Positions 12,027-23,967 of a DNA stretch of 64,000 bases are shown here, piece by piece. A program made the position numbers and the translations under genes. This DNA comes from Lytechinus pictus (lineage: Eukaryota). The notes under the pieces are model-generated. The model was given only the letters and a program-made list of their open reading frames with translations, ran no database searches and was not told the DNA's origin. Location of the stretch: contig NC_087246.1 of NCBI RefSeq assembly GCF_037042905.1, forward strand, positions 35,898,001 through 35,962,000, read 5' to 3'. Each line of letters starts with the position of its first letter. The first letter of the stretch is position 1.

Positions 12027-13086
12027 GGAGGTCATCGCAGGTCAAAGGTCGAAACTCAGAACACCCATTATCCCTGAGAACTGGAGCAAAGAGATCTCAA
12101 ATCATTGAATTAATTGAAATATTTATATCAAACTCACCGAATAACCTTTCTGTACGATGTATCGGTAACATTACCAAAAGTAGGCGTTCAATCATGATTA
12201 AATTTTCCACTAAATATATTAATCAAAGTCTATCGATAATATTCGAAAAGACGTTCTGTATCATAATTACGCCATCATTTTATTAAGCTATTGGAGACAT
12301 TGAAATCTATGTTCTATTTCAAATGCAATTGGTAGATGGGAAACGGCATATCCATTCATTCCAAAGTAATGTAAATTGAAATAAAATGAAACAGGTTACT
12401 AATTTTCACTATGTGAATACATGACGCTTTGCCTTTTTTTATAATGTGTATGGTGATCACCTTTAAGATGCTGTTTTATAATATATCTTTACTTGATGAA
12501 TGTCATATTTAAATAAAATTCTAAGCAAATATTGAAGAATCTAATTTGATTTGATTTGATTTTATTTGGCAAGTCACCATAACATATATACAGTAGCATT
12601 AAAACAACAGGCTTGCACAGGATGACCCACGAAAGCTCGAAAGCTTATTTCCAGTGGGGTCCTCAATATACAGAATTAAGATAATAAAATGTTAAAATTA
12701 TACTATTTACATATTAAAAATGAAGAAAAAAATCAGAATATTTACTATTACCAATAAATAAGATATATAGACAATAAATAAGATATATACAAGAATATAA
12801 CGAAGAAGAAGAAGAAAAGAAGGAGAAGGAAGAGGAGGAACAGAAGAAGAGAGGGGACGAGGAGTAGAAGGAGACGGAAGAAACTGATAACGAAGGGAAA
12901 TAAATAAGGAGAAGAACAACAGCATAAACGTGACGACAATAACAACAAGAAGAGGAGAATAGGAAGAAATAAAAGAAATAGAAAGAATAGAAGAAAGGAC
13001 ATATCGAAGCTTCAATCAAACTATGTAAAATACATAATAATACCTAGTAGAGAAGAGAAAAGAACTAGGTCAGTATTCAGGCTAAA

Positions 13087-16000
13087 TCAACCGTACAACA
13101 TATCATTTGCATCTTCTTTTTGACTCTCAAGTGAAAGATATTCTTTCAATTTCCTCTTAAAATGCAAAAAGTTTCCTATTTCCTTTATATCATTGGGAAG
13201 GGAATTCCAATGTTTTATAGCATTGTAATAAAATGAGTTACCAATACTACCTACCCTTTCTGGTAAGCAAAAATTGAAATGGCTGTTTCTTGTATTATAG
13301 TTATGTATTTCGGTAACTAGATTAAAGTTTGATCCAATGTAATGATTCGATCTATTGTGATAGATTTTATGCACGTGGTGCAAAATAAGCTGTTTTGATC
13401 TTTTGTTGACTTCAAGAAAACCTGCTCCAGAGAGTTCGGTGTAGCCAACATGGGTTCTGGGACCAGAACAGCTAATGAATCTAACCATTTTATTCTGTAT
13501 AATTTTCAACTTCTTTTTATCGAGTTCGCTTATGCCACTAAACCAAGCAGGGTTGGCATAGTCAAATAAACTCTGAATAAGAGCAAAACAGAGAATACGC
13601 CTTGCTTTTTGATCCATACAACTTTGATACCTGTACAAAAATTTCAAACGGGCATTCGCCCTTTTTACGATTGATTCTACTAAAGATGAAAATGAAAGGG
13701 AGCTAGTCAACTCAATGCCTAAATACTTTACAGATTCTTTCCTATGAATTATCTTATTATTGTATGATACTTCAAATTCAAATGAAGTTTTATGATTACT
13801 TTTAGAACAAAACAGAATGCTTTCGGTTTTGCCTAAGTGTAACGATAATCTATTATCAGTCATCCAATCGACACATGTAGACAGCTGTTCGCTAAGTTTT
13901 TCCTCAACAAATTTTGGGTTGGCATTTGAACAAAGTAGTACGCTATCATCTGCATACAATAATAATTTACAGTCAGCTTTTAAACAAATAGACATGTCAT
14001 TGATATAAGTTGAAAATAGGATTGGGCCTAAAATACTTCCCTGTGGAACTCCACACGTTATAGGCATAATTTTGGAACAAATATCGCGAATAGCCACTAC
14101 TTGATGTCGATTCGACAAGTAGGATTTGAACCATGCTACAGTAGCCTGGTTAAAACCCATTATTTGTAATTTTTTCAATAAGATGCCGTGATTAACTGTA
14201 TCAAATGCTTTTTGAAGATCTAGGAGTACCATCCCAACGAATTGTCCCTTAGACATATTTGTTCTCAGATAATCAGTCAAGTGAATAAGGCATGTCTCAG
14301 TCGAATAGTCATGTCGAAAACCTGACTGATATTCGTAAATCATATCATTTTCTTTAAAATATTTTTCGATCTGAACACATACCGCCTTTTCTAGAATTTT
14401 GGATACTATGCTTAAAACACTGATAGGTCTATAGTTTTCAACAGCAGTTTTATCTTTCTTCTTATGAATAGGAGTTACTTTTGCAATTTTCATATCCTCT
14501 GGGAAAGTGCTAGTAAAGATAGATAGATTTATTAAGAAATTTAATGGTTTGTACAAACTCTTTGCTCCTTCTTTTAGAAATTTAGCAGGTATCAAATCTA
14601 ACCCAGTGCTTTTTGATACATTTAATTTACGCAACTCATTAAAAATGAATTGATCACTAACAGGTAATAATTCAAATTTATCTTGGCTTATACCCTTTTT
14701 TTCATAAAATTTACGAATGTTTTCACTGTCTGCACTGAAAATGTCTTTGCAAGATGGAAGTTTATCTACCAACGTAGCTGCGACATTTGTAAAATAGGAA
14801 TTGAATTCATTGGAAATAGTTATCTTATCATGACATAATTCTCCGTCAATTGAAACGACTAATTCTTGGTCCTTTCCATTTTTCTTTTTTAATCCCAAAC
14901 TTTTTAGATTCTGCCAAAGTCTTTTAGAATCATTTTTATTTTCTTCTATTTTATTTTGTAGGTATTCTAATTTGGCCTTTTTCACCTCTCTTTGAACCAT
15001 ATTTCTTAATTTCTTGTATCTTTTGGAAAGCGTGTCATAATCCTGATCGCTTAGATTTTTCTTCATTTTTTTATACGCCACATTTCTTTCTCGAATAAGA
15101 GAAATAATATCTTTAGTCATCCAGTTTTCTGATCTCTGTTTAATTCTAATCCGTTTTTGAGGCGCTATCATATTCAACGTTGAAATAAAAGTATTTTGAA
15201 AAACTGACCAAGCCTTATTTACGTCAGTGCATTGGGTTAAATCTGACCAATCAACGGCAGACAGTTTAAGATTGAAAGATTCTTCGCTATATTTTTTCAA
15301 CGATCTGATATCAGTGGTTCTGTGAACACCTATAGCCAGCCTAATTTTCTTTCGTGTACAGAAAGTAAAAGAATGGTCACTTATACCAAGATCAATAACA
15401 CCACTTTGACTTATTTTTTGTTCGTTATTACAAATCACATGGTCCAATAAAGAAGAACATGTGTGAGTGACACGGGTTGCATCTTTGATGAGTTGGCTAA
15501 ATCCATGAAGACTCAATAAGTCAGTATATTTTTTAGCCAGTGGAGATTTCTGAAAAAGACAAACATTCATATCGCCTAAAAGTATAATTTCATCATCTTT
15601 CTTTAATATATCGAGAATATTTGACATCTTCTCAATAAATTGATTGCTTTTCGGAGGCCTATAAATGACGCCAGCAATAATTGGTTTTGATCTTGGTAGA
15701 AGCAAATTAATCCACAGTGATTCAGAATCACCTGTACTTAAAACATCTATGATATTGAATGCAATATCATTTCGGACATAAAAACATACACCACCCCCAG
15801 AGCCTGATAATCTATCATTGCGTATTACTTTGTATCCATCTATATTGATTTCTTCATCGTTCACCGAGTTATTTAGCCATGTTTCTGTGAAAGCAATGAC
15901 TGCAAGATTCTTTCTCTTAAAAAGAATTCGAAGTTCTGAAATTTTTGGTAGAATAGATCTAACATTTAGATGTACAAAGTGAAGGCCTTTTACAGCAAAT

Positions 16001-16611
16001 ATGTTTTCAAAATCTTGATAAAGTAAACTTGAATCCTTCGAGTTTTTTTGTTGTAAATTTGGCTCTGGAATGTTTTCGGGTACCCGAATTTCTTTCTCAC
16101 AGTTTACAATAGTACTATTGTAGTCGTCAAATAAAGATTCACAGAAAGATGGTAAAAAACAGGTTGAACAAAACCATTCCTCATCGGGGCTCAAATATAG
16201 ATTTGAATATATTTCCAGGCTTATTTCTTGACAGTGAATATGATACCATCTTTTACAAGTGGAACAAAGAAGGCCGCACTGATTTGATTTTACTGGTTTT
16301 TCACAGTTTCCACATGGAAACTTAAATTTTGGGCCTGGGTTTGATTCAATATCACCAGACAATAATAAGAGAAGGAAAACAATGATTTTGGTCACTTCCG
16401 TATTTATTAATTCTATGGAAGGGATCCATTTGTTTTGAAAATAATAAAAGTACAATTTGGGATATATCATTCCCAAGTTTATTTTTTCATAACAAATCGT
16501 TTTGCAGGTAAAGTCGTGCATAAACACAGAACTCACCAGGTCAATTGATCTGTTATATAAATCAAAATTTCCCATTTCCATCTTTGCCATCATAGTATCA
16601 TATTTTTCCAT
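13087..16611 (-). CDS. LINE ORF2: N-terminal peptide ending in a 2A/StopGo motif, PHD finger, APE endonuclease, reverse transcriptase (1174 aa from the first ATG)
   Basis: SGDIESNPGP; C4HC3 PHD (CGNC..CSTCKRWYHIHC..WFCSTC); APE motifs HLNVRS, FTETWL, IYRPP, GDMN, LLDHV, ISDH; RT motifs LDLQKAFD, PQGSILGP, YADD; frame uninterrupted. Confidence 0.95.
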   Translation of the reverse strand: MEKYDTMMAKMEMGNFDLYNRSIDLVSSVFMHDFTCKTICYEKINLGMIYPKLYFYYFQNKWIPSIELINTEVTKIIVFLLLLLSGDIESNPGPKFKFPCGNCEKPVKSNQCGLLCSTCKRWYHIHCQEISLEIYSNLYLSPDEEWFCSTCFLPSFCESLFDDYNSTIVNCEKEIRVPENIPEPNLQQKNSKDSSLLYQDFENIFAVKGLHFVHLNVRSILPKISELRILFKRKNLAVIAFTETWLNNSVNDEEINIDGYKVIRNDRLSGSGGGVCFYVRNDIAFNIIDVLSTGDSESLWINLLLPRSKPIIAGVIYRPPKSNQFIEKMSNILDILKKDDEIILLGDMNVCLFQKSPLAKKYTDLLSLHGFSQLIKDATRVTHTCSSLLDHVICNNEQKISQSGVIDLGISDHSFTFCTRKKIRLAIGVHRTTDIRSLKKYSEESFNLKLSAVDWSDLTQCTDVNKAWSVFQNTFISTLNMIAPQKRIRIKQRSENWMTKDIISLIRERNVAYKKMKKNLSDQDYDTLSKRYKKLRNMVQREVKKAKLEYLQNKIEENKNDSKRLWQNLKSLGLKKKNGKDQELVVSIDGELCHDKITISNEFNSYFTNVAATLVDKLPSCKDIFSADSENIRKFYEKKGISQDKFELLPVSDQFIFNELRKLNVSKSTGLDLIPAKFLKEGAKSLYKPLNFLINLSIFTSTFPEDMKIAKVTPIHKKKDKTAVENYRPISVLSIVSKILEKAVCVQIEKYFKENDMIYEYQSGFRHDYSTETCLIHLTDYLRTNMSKGQFVGMVLLDLQKAFDTVNHGILLKKLQIMGFNQATVAWFKSYLSNRHQVVAIRDICSKIMPITCGVPQGSILGPILFSTYINDMSICLKADCKLLLYADDSVLLCSNANPKFVEEKLSEQLSTCVDWMTDNRLSLHLGKTESILFCSKSNHKTSFEFEVSYNNKIIHRKESVKYLGIELTSSLSFSSLVESIVKRANARLKFLYRYQSCMDQKARRILCFALIQSLFDYANPAWFSGISELDKKKLKIIQNKMVRFISCSGPRTHVGYTELSGAGFLEVNKRSKQLILHHVHKIYHNRSNHYIGSNFNLVTEIHNYNTRNSHFNFCLPERVGSIGNSFYYNAIKHWNSLPNDIKEIGNFLHFKRKLKEYLSLESQKEDANDMLYG
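16330..16389 (-). other. 2A-like ribosome StopGo sequence (KIIVFLLLLLSGDIESNPG/P)
   Basis: Exact match to the D(V/I)ExNPGP consensus with an upstream Leu-rich stretch. Confidence 0.88.
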
Positions 16612-16644
16612 CAATCAAATAGGTATATATGGAGATACATGTAC

Positions 16645-17914
16645 TTAACCATTAAGTAATGATCTCACTAACAGTAAATAGTCCTGCCACTCTCTTGTCG
16701 AAGTCCTCGATCTGGTTGTCTCACCATGCCTTCTGACATTTCCGTGTAAGTTGGTCGTAGGAGCAGCTACGTCAGCATAGGACCTTCCATCAAAGAAGTT
16801 TGGACGTCGATGCTTCTGGTTTGGTAAGACACGGCGGATGTTTGCTGCGAAGATACCCTGGCCAATTTTGTTAAGGTGGACCCCATCACGACCTAGGTGT
16901 TGCTCGCCGATGTTGTCATTGATGACGAACCCCCATGAGTTTCGCCTCGCAGAATCCCTCAAGGTGGAGTTGACGAAGTCGATCCTCCTCTCTTGGTACC
17001 GCGACTCCCATCGTCTATGGATGATGCCAGATAGGATGACCTTCAGCCCCTTTCTGGAAGCAATATTTCCTACGTCCACGATCTTGTTGTGTAGATAGTT
17101 GGGACCATCCTTGATGTTGTTTGTACCGACATGCACAATAACGGTACCTCCTCGAACGATGTCGGCACACTCGTTAGATAAACATGTCAGAATGTCTTCG
17201 GACCTGGCACCGGGAACGGAACGACATCTCACTTTCATTTTGCTTGCCAGGCGACGACCATCAATGTTCTTCAACATCGAATCTCCTAAAAGTAGCACGT
17301 CGTGCTCCTTACGTCTCTGGCGTTGGTTGACCCCGACCCGTCTCCACTCACTGACGCAATCCGATGATTCTGCTCCATTCGCTTCGCCCTCCACCCCAAG
17401 AATCTCGAAACGATTGCTAGTTGGAATGTTGGATACAAATTCTCTTGAATTCACAGTTGGAAGTTGAATGTTTGATGATGATTGTAGGATGCTCGATTCT
17501 TCTTCGACTGATGTTGCCTGTTGTACAAATGCATCGTCCATGTGAAGACTGCTATGACAGTCTTCCACAACGATGGTGGAGGTTGAGGCGTCACGGACGT
17601 CTTTCTGTGCTTCCAGTCGCTTGAGTCTGTTGTCGATGTTTTTGACAATGTCCAAGATTTCGAGTAGGATAGGCCTAACCGATCGATCATCACAAGTAAC
17701 ATTCTCTCGCTTATTAGTAACCGACTCCTCTCTTCCATTTCCATTAATATTTAGCCCGAGTCGTTCTCTTAGGTTTGATGATATTTTATTGGACTGTTGT
17801 GGAAAAGTGATTAAAAGGGAGAAAGTGAGAAAAAAAATCTACGTGAGGAAACTTAATGAGATGGTTTCTGAGACCACGGGGACTATAGGGGAGTTGTCCG
17901 GGAAGGGGTTCCAT
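16645..17914 (-). CDS. LINE ORF1: coiled-coil plus SGNH/GDSL-type esterase; the probable ATG at 17914 is out of frame by one extra T in a T8 run (17830-17837)
   Basis: SGNH blocks LLGDS, VPGA, VHVGTNN, DGVHLN; heptad-like LEILDIVKNIDNRLKRLE; frame open upstream of 17655 to a TAG at ~17841. Confidence 0.85.
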
Positions 17915-18099
17915 AATAGAGTAAGGTGCTCCAGTCGATATCCTATTGTTGTATACAATATTAGCACATTCAAAGAAAGGAAATGAATCCGAATTTCTTT
18001 AACCCCCCACCCCCCCCCCCCTGGGCTGCCAGGAGTAAAAAAAAAACAGAAGAAGAAAAAGAAGAAAAGTAATGACCTATATTTCGGAACCAACCCCTA

Positions 18100-18957
18100 C
18101 TTACCATAATCAAATTGTCCCTTTTTCAGAATGGAATATCGACAAGTTTCATCTCGCGCTTCGGAAGAGAAATAGGAAGATATTCATCAGTTTCATATGA
18201 TGACATAATGTTCTTAGAATGTCCCGGTATATGTCAAAACTCAAAGTAATAATTATGAAACATATATCAGCTCTCTTTTAACTGAGATCCAAATTCACCT
18301 CACAATTTTCCTACAAAGTGCTTGAAATACAGAGCCTAAATTGTCCCTTTTCAGATCAAAATATCAATTATTTAAGCTCTCGTTTCGCGCTCGCTTTATT
18401 GATTTTCATGATAAAAAAGTATTTAGAATGCCCAGATTCTAGATCGAAACACGCTCGCATGTTTCTTTGGATACGCAGCTTGTTCTCTATTTAAATCATT
18501 GTCCAGTTTCAGATCACAATATCAAAAATGTTCTGCCTGCGCTTTGCGCTCGCATTATTAATGTACGAAGATTTCCGATCACTCATCCTTTTCACGATTT
18601 ACAAAGCATGAAAAGAGTATCCCATTTTTAGGTGTAAATCTCGAATTTTTCCTCTCGCGCTTCGCGCTCGCATCAATTGTTTAGTTTGATACACATCTCG
18701 TTTAGGATAAAAAAGATTGCCCAGAATGTTTGAATTTTAGGACAAAATACATGGGAAAAAAAATAGCTCGAACTTTGCACTCGCACTGAATAAATAAGGC
18801 TTTTGAGATTATTAATATATTTATGTTGATTTATAAGAATAAAGCTTAGAAGTGACGATTCAACGAAACAAACAAAAATCAACTTCGAGCGGCCGATCGG
18901 GGAAAATGTGGCTGAAAAAAATCCGCCCCCTATTGGCAAAGGCTGGATCTGCCCCTG
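18100..18957 (-). mobile_element. hAT-like non-autonomous element carrying the GCGAAGC satellite in reverse orientation (left end not resolved)
   Basis: Repeated CGCGCTTCGCGCTCGC units; terminus GGCTGGATCTGCCCCTG. Confidence 0.6.
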
Positions 18958-19006
18958 GATTAATCCACTGATCTCTCCACTTAGTGGAGAGATCAGTGGA
19001 TTAATC
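18958..19006. repeat. Perfect 49-bp palindrome
   Basis: GATTAATCCACTGATCTCTCCACT-T-AGTGGAGAGATCAGTGGATTAATC. Confidence 0.9.
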
Positions 19007-22000
19007 ATATATCAAGTATCATCATAATAGAAAGAGTACATCCTGACGGATCGTAATGGTAACATTGATTGTCGTATATGCGCATTCTTTTCTCTGAATT
19101 TACTGTATGTATATTGTTGAATGAATCCATTCCTTTCAGATATTGTTAGAAACATTGATAGGAAGATAGATTTTTAAAAATCAAGTATGAAATACAATTT
19201 TCATGATTACATGAAATTACCTTTTAAAAAATGATTTATTCCCTCCGGATCCCTGCAAGCAAGTGCTAGGAGTCACGTGCCCCGTTTATTTGACCAACAT
19301 TGAGACTTTATTTTTGTTAGTATTCTTATTATCCCGGTTTATGAAGTAGAATAAGTGGAGAACAGATAAAATAAATGAGAATTTAAATTGTAAAAAGTGT
19401 ATACAAGGTCAATCACACCGAAAACCGATAAAATTCCTCAAAATTATTCTTTTTTAAGACATAAAAAAAAGCTCGCACTCGCATTGATCTAGTACTATAC
19501 GTAATACCTAATCTTGGAAACCATAATACGTTTTAATGCATATCTTTTTTTTTTAAATATGTCAAAAGTCTATTACATAATTAAATTTTTTGCATTAAAA
19601 TGTTAAGAATTTTGCTCGCTCCCATTTTTTCAAAAAAATGAATAATGCCTTTTACCTCACGTCTGGCCCACTGAAAATTTTAGACTCAATCAATAGGGCA
19701 TTATATGCAATTGAAAAACTTCATGAAATTAACCAAAAGTGCGCACGAAATCTTCAATATTACTTTAGAAAATGCAAAAGTGCCCCAAATGGCAAGCTCG
19801 GTTGCTTAGCTCCTTTGCTTTTGAATTTCTTCGAAAAAATTTCCGCCGCCCCCCCCCCCCCCCCCCCCTCCCTGGAAAAAAAAATATGTGTATGGCCATG
19901 GCATGGTCATTCCCCCAACTAACCATGAACACCGATCGACACCCATGGGAATATCACATAGAATATAATCATTTGTTTATTATTTAAACTAGGGAGGGAT
20001 GATTGTATACTAGTATAGCATCACCACCTGGAAACTTCGGAAATGCAGCTGCACCCCATATCTCTATGCTGCACCCCCACCCCATCCCCTCCAGCTGTCA
20101 ACGCCCCCGTGCATTTTCTTTTATTCGTTACTTTTTTCGTGATCCTGAAATGTGGTGTGTTGACGCCCTCTAACGTTCGTCGGTCTGTGTTAAAATACTA
20201 GCAGACACCTTTTCGAGCTCGAAATAATTTAATCCACGTTTCAATGCTTTGACCTAGAAGAAGAGCTGATCTAGAGACTGCCACTGGCCTGGTAAGAAAT
20301 CGTAGTACTTTATTTTTCTTTGCTAATGACCTGCTTTGTATACACTTTCATGAGACTTGCCTTATCGCACTCGTGGCATGGCATGAATAATGAAGTCACG
20401 ATGACCAACTTGGCCTTTTTTTTGTAACGGTCCCACATACTGAAATTTTGGGGTGCAGCGTGTATTATAGACTAGCCCACCCATGGCCACTTGTTCACCC
20501 CGACCATTCGCCTTACAGCAAAAGGTAGGGGATGGGACTGTACAGTGTTCAGCCCTGCTTCCAGACAATTTTTTAACTTATGAAGAAAAGAGTGAAAAAG
20601 TTGGACTTACCAATGATTGTCAAGAACCAAACGAAGATTGTGGGTCCACTGTAGCTCTGTTGTAACTTCACATCCAAGAAATATTATCCTTTATTCATTG
20701 ATTGTCTTCTAAATCGTGTAAAATGGTAATGAAATTCTTCGTTGTCCTCGTCTGTCCATAGATTCCTACGTAGAGTGCCGTAACGCCCTCTTGTGGTAAA
20801 TAAAAGAAAGCTAATGGGAGCGCGACCACAGAGCTGGATTATTCATGCTCCTGACCAATACCCGTTTCCTGTGAAGCCTGTTCCTGCGAAGGTAGTCTTT
20901 TTATCACCTGACACAAAACATTTTTTCACTATTTTTGTACATCAAAATTATATTTTTGTCACAGGTGGCGGAAGCGAAGGGGGGGGGGGTGAGAGGGGAC
21001 AAGTCCCCCTAAATTTTAGGTAGAGGGAATAGTTCCCTTAAAAAAAGAAAAAGAAAAAAGACTAAGGAAGAAAGAAAGAAAAAAGAATCGAGGGAAGGAA
21101 GGAAGACAGCGATTTTCATCAGAAAAAAAAAATACAAGCAAAAAAAAATTGCACCCAAATGAAGGGAATTGGGGTCAAAAATTTGAACCTTATTTCCAGA
21201 CAAATCTTGGCTATAATTTACAGGGCCCTGGGAACTATTTTTTGAATGGGGGCGCTGAATTAAATATGCAAAGCCCCCAAAAAGGTTTCACAACAAAAAT
21301 GGAGAAAAAAATTATTCCCGAGAAATTTGAAAAGCAAAGAAAAAACCCCCCAGAATGACACAGCCTTTCAAGTGCGGCAAATATTTCTTAGTAAAATTCA
21401 AGATCAAGAACATTTTGTTCCCTTTTCATAAGTAATAGAACATAGCTATATTACACCTTTCCTTTTCTTTCTTTCACAATTTCTTTGATTTCTTGGTCGT
21501 ATCCTGTAGCCTTTCCATTGTACCATTATTTCCCATTTCTCCTCTTGTTTTTTTATTATAGATTCCATTTTGCTTTCCGAATACTTTCCTCTTTCTCACT
21601 CATTTATTAGCATTTCGAGATGAGTTTCTCTCATTATGTTCTCCTTTCTTTCACTCTTTCCTCGCGTTCATTGACTTTTTTTTATCTTTATTCTTTCTTT
21701 ACTTCATCTACTTTTCTCTTTTACCCTTTCCATTTTCCTTCGGCTTGCCCCCCCCCCCTTAAGTTATTTTCCTTCTCATTCTTTCCCTTTCTCTCTTCTC
21801 CATTTTTCTTGGCGAAATATATATATATTCATCTTGCCCATCTGCGCTCGCAAGATTTATTTAGAGATTTATTTAGCAAGATTCCAATGTGTTGAGTCAG
21901 TGTTAGCAAGAAAAGCAGATTAGGGGGATTAGGGGGATGATACTGATCTTCCTTTTTCATTTCACTTATTTCCAAAATAACAGCAAGCAAAGTAAATACA

Positions 22001-23005
22001 TATTTTCATCTCAACATAATTATGGAAAGGATACAATACTGAGTACATAAAAAACCAATACATTCGTGAAAGTAGCAAAATACATGTAATAATGATCATG
22101 TAACTTAAAAAAATATGTCATGTGGAGGAAACCTTGAGAAAACAGAGGTCGTGAAAAAGATTCCCCATATAATCAACTTTTATGATTGTGAGCAACAATC
22201 GGAAGACAAGACAATACAATCATTTTCAGAATTACAAAAATTCTATAGAATGTCCGTTTTAATCTAAGGGAAAAATATCTCGCGATTGGCGCACTCGCTA
22301 TCATTAACTTAAGCCTTATTTGATAATATAATATTGTTTATAAGAATAAAACTAGATATACTTAAAACTTCAGACTTAATGCAGTATGGACTTCCCCTCC
22401 TGAATGATTTTTTAAAAATAAGGGTGTAGATATCCCTCCCCCTATTTTGATGCTTCGTCCGCCTCGAATGAATAGTTGTAGCACCATCAGCCTACTTCTA
22501 AACTATATATTGTATGGTGAAATTAGGACCTATGATGATTAATTTATATATCTTATATATTTTATTCTTTAAATATGTTTATCGAGACGAAACAAGATTG
22601 CCAATTTTGTCTTGATAGAGGCTATCGAGACTTCCTTACCAGAATGCATCACGAGTTGAGTTTCGTCCAAACGGGTGGATAAACCTCTCAGGTTTCGTGA
22701 GATTTTTTTTCTTTTTTGATTTGTCACTGGTGAACACCATAGCAGCAACCCAGAGGATCAATCGCCATCACGCGTAAATTTCGGTGAGATTTTATTCATT
22801 TTTTTAATGTTTTAAGGTCAGTTAAGGATGATCTTCTTATAAAAAGATGTTGGGCTAAGTATCACATTTATAAAATTGCATGAGTTCGTGATACTTGGTA
22901 TGACTAATGGGGGGAAATGAGCAATGTATTTTTGCTCAACAGCACTGTATGCTGCCGAGAACGAGGTTATATTATAACCTCGTTCGTAGGATGAGTGCCC
23001 ATGGC

Positions 23006-23967
23006 TAGCCTGGAGGCGTCTGGGGAGTGAAAGACTTATACTGTACGTATGGTCACTCCCCTAACGCCTGGCACTGTGTCCTATACTATCCTACACACCG
23101 AGGGAAAATGCAACTATAGAAATGCGCCAAACTGCTAGTTATGTTTAGATTCTAGCTTTAAAACTTATGTACATGGGTAAAAATATTGGTTGGCAACGTT
23201 TGGCAAAAAATAAGTGTTGATGGATTTGAAATGACGAATAAATTAATATGATTAAGAAAAGTAGAAGAGAGTTCACTTACACTTGTTGACATCGCCATCT
23301 TTGAATCCTTTTAATTGCAACCTAGTTACGTGACGCGTATAGAGGGCGGCAAAATCATGAGCGGTGCTAGATTAAAAAGTGCTAAAATGTCCCGCTTCAA
23401 CCACTGAACTAGAAATACATAGAGAAAAGTACATATTGCATTTTGCCTTCTACGGCGCGGCGCGTTCTCGAACAATTGACCTAGCAAAATGGCGGCGGTC
23501 ATGTGACTTATCGAGTTCGCCAGCGATGTTTTGCTTGGGTGTACACGGCTTCCACGTATTTCTAGTTCAGTGGTTGAAGCGGGACATTTTAGCACTTTTT
23601 AATCTAGCACCGCTCATGATTTTGCCGCCCTCTATACGCGTCACGTAACTAGGTTGCAATTAAAAGGATCAAAGATGGCGATGTCAACAAGTGTAAGTGA
23701 ACTCTCTTCTACTTTTCTTATTCATATTAATTTATTCGTCATTTCAAATCCATCAACACTTATTTTTTGCCAAACGTTGCCAACCAATATTTTTACCCAT
23801 GTACATAAGTTTTAAAGCTAGAATCTAAACATAACTAGCAGTTTGGCGCATTTCTATAGTTGCATTTTCCCTCGGTGTGTAGGATAGTATAGGACACAGT
23901 GCCAGGCGTTAGGGGAGTGACCATACGTACAGTATAAGTCTTTCACTCCCCAGACGCCTCCAGGCTA
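23006..23967. mobile_element. Fold-back non-autonomous DNA element 1 (~413-bp near-identical arms, 137-bp spacer; TAG..CTA ends; Academ-like candidate)
   Basis: Arms 23006-23418 and 23556-23967; perfect 8-bp TSD CCCATGGC (22998-23005, 23968-23975). Confidence 0.9.

Larger units (their letters stand above)
12545..17940 (-). mobile_element. Near full-length L2/Crack/CR1-group LINE with two ORFs
   Basis: ORF1 esterase plus ORF2 APE-RT; 3' UTR with low-complexity tract, imperfect stem-loop at ~12620-12663 and (CAAAT)n tail at 12545-12567; 5' boundary approximate. Confidence 0.93.

Noticed and set aside
12707-13019. Three overlapping hydrophobic ORFs
   Set aside because: Low-complexity tract in the LINE 3' UTR
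16838-17986. Plus-strand ORFs opposite LINE ORF1
   Set aside because: Antisense shadows of GC-rich coding DNA with no motifs
23326-23648. Mirror-image 89-aa ORFs on both strands (also 25329-25607)
   Set aside because: By-product of the palindrome; no coding evidence
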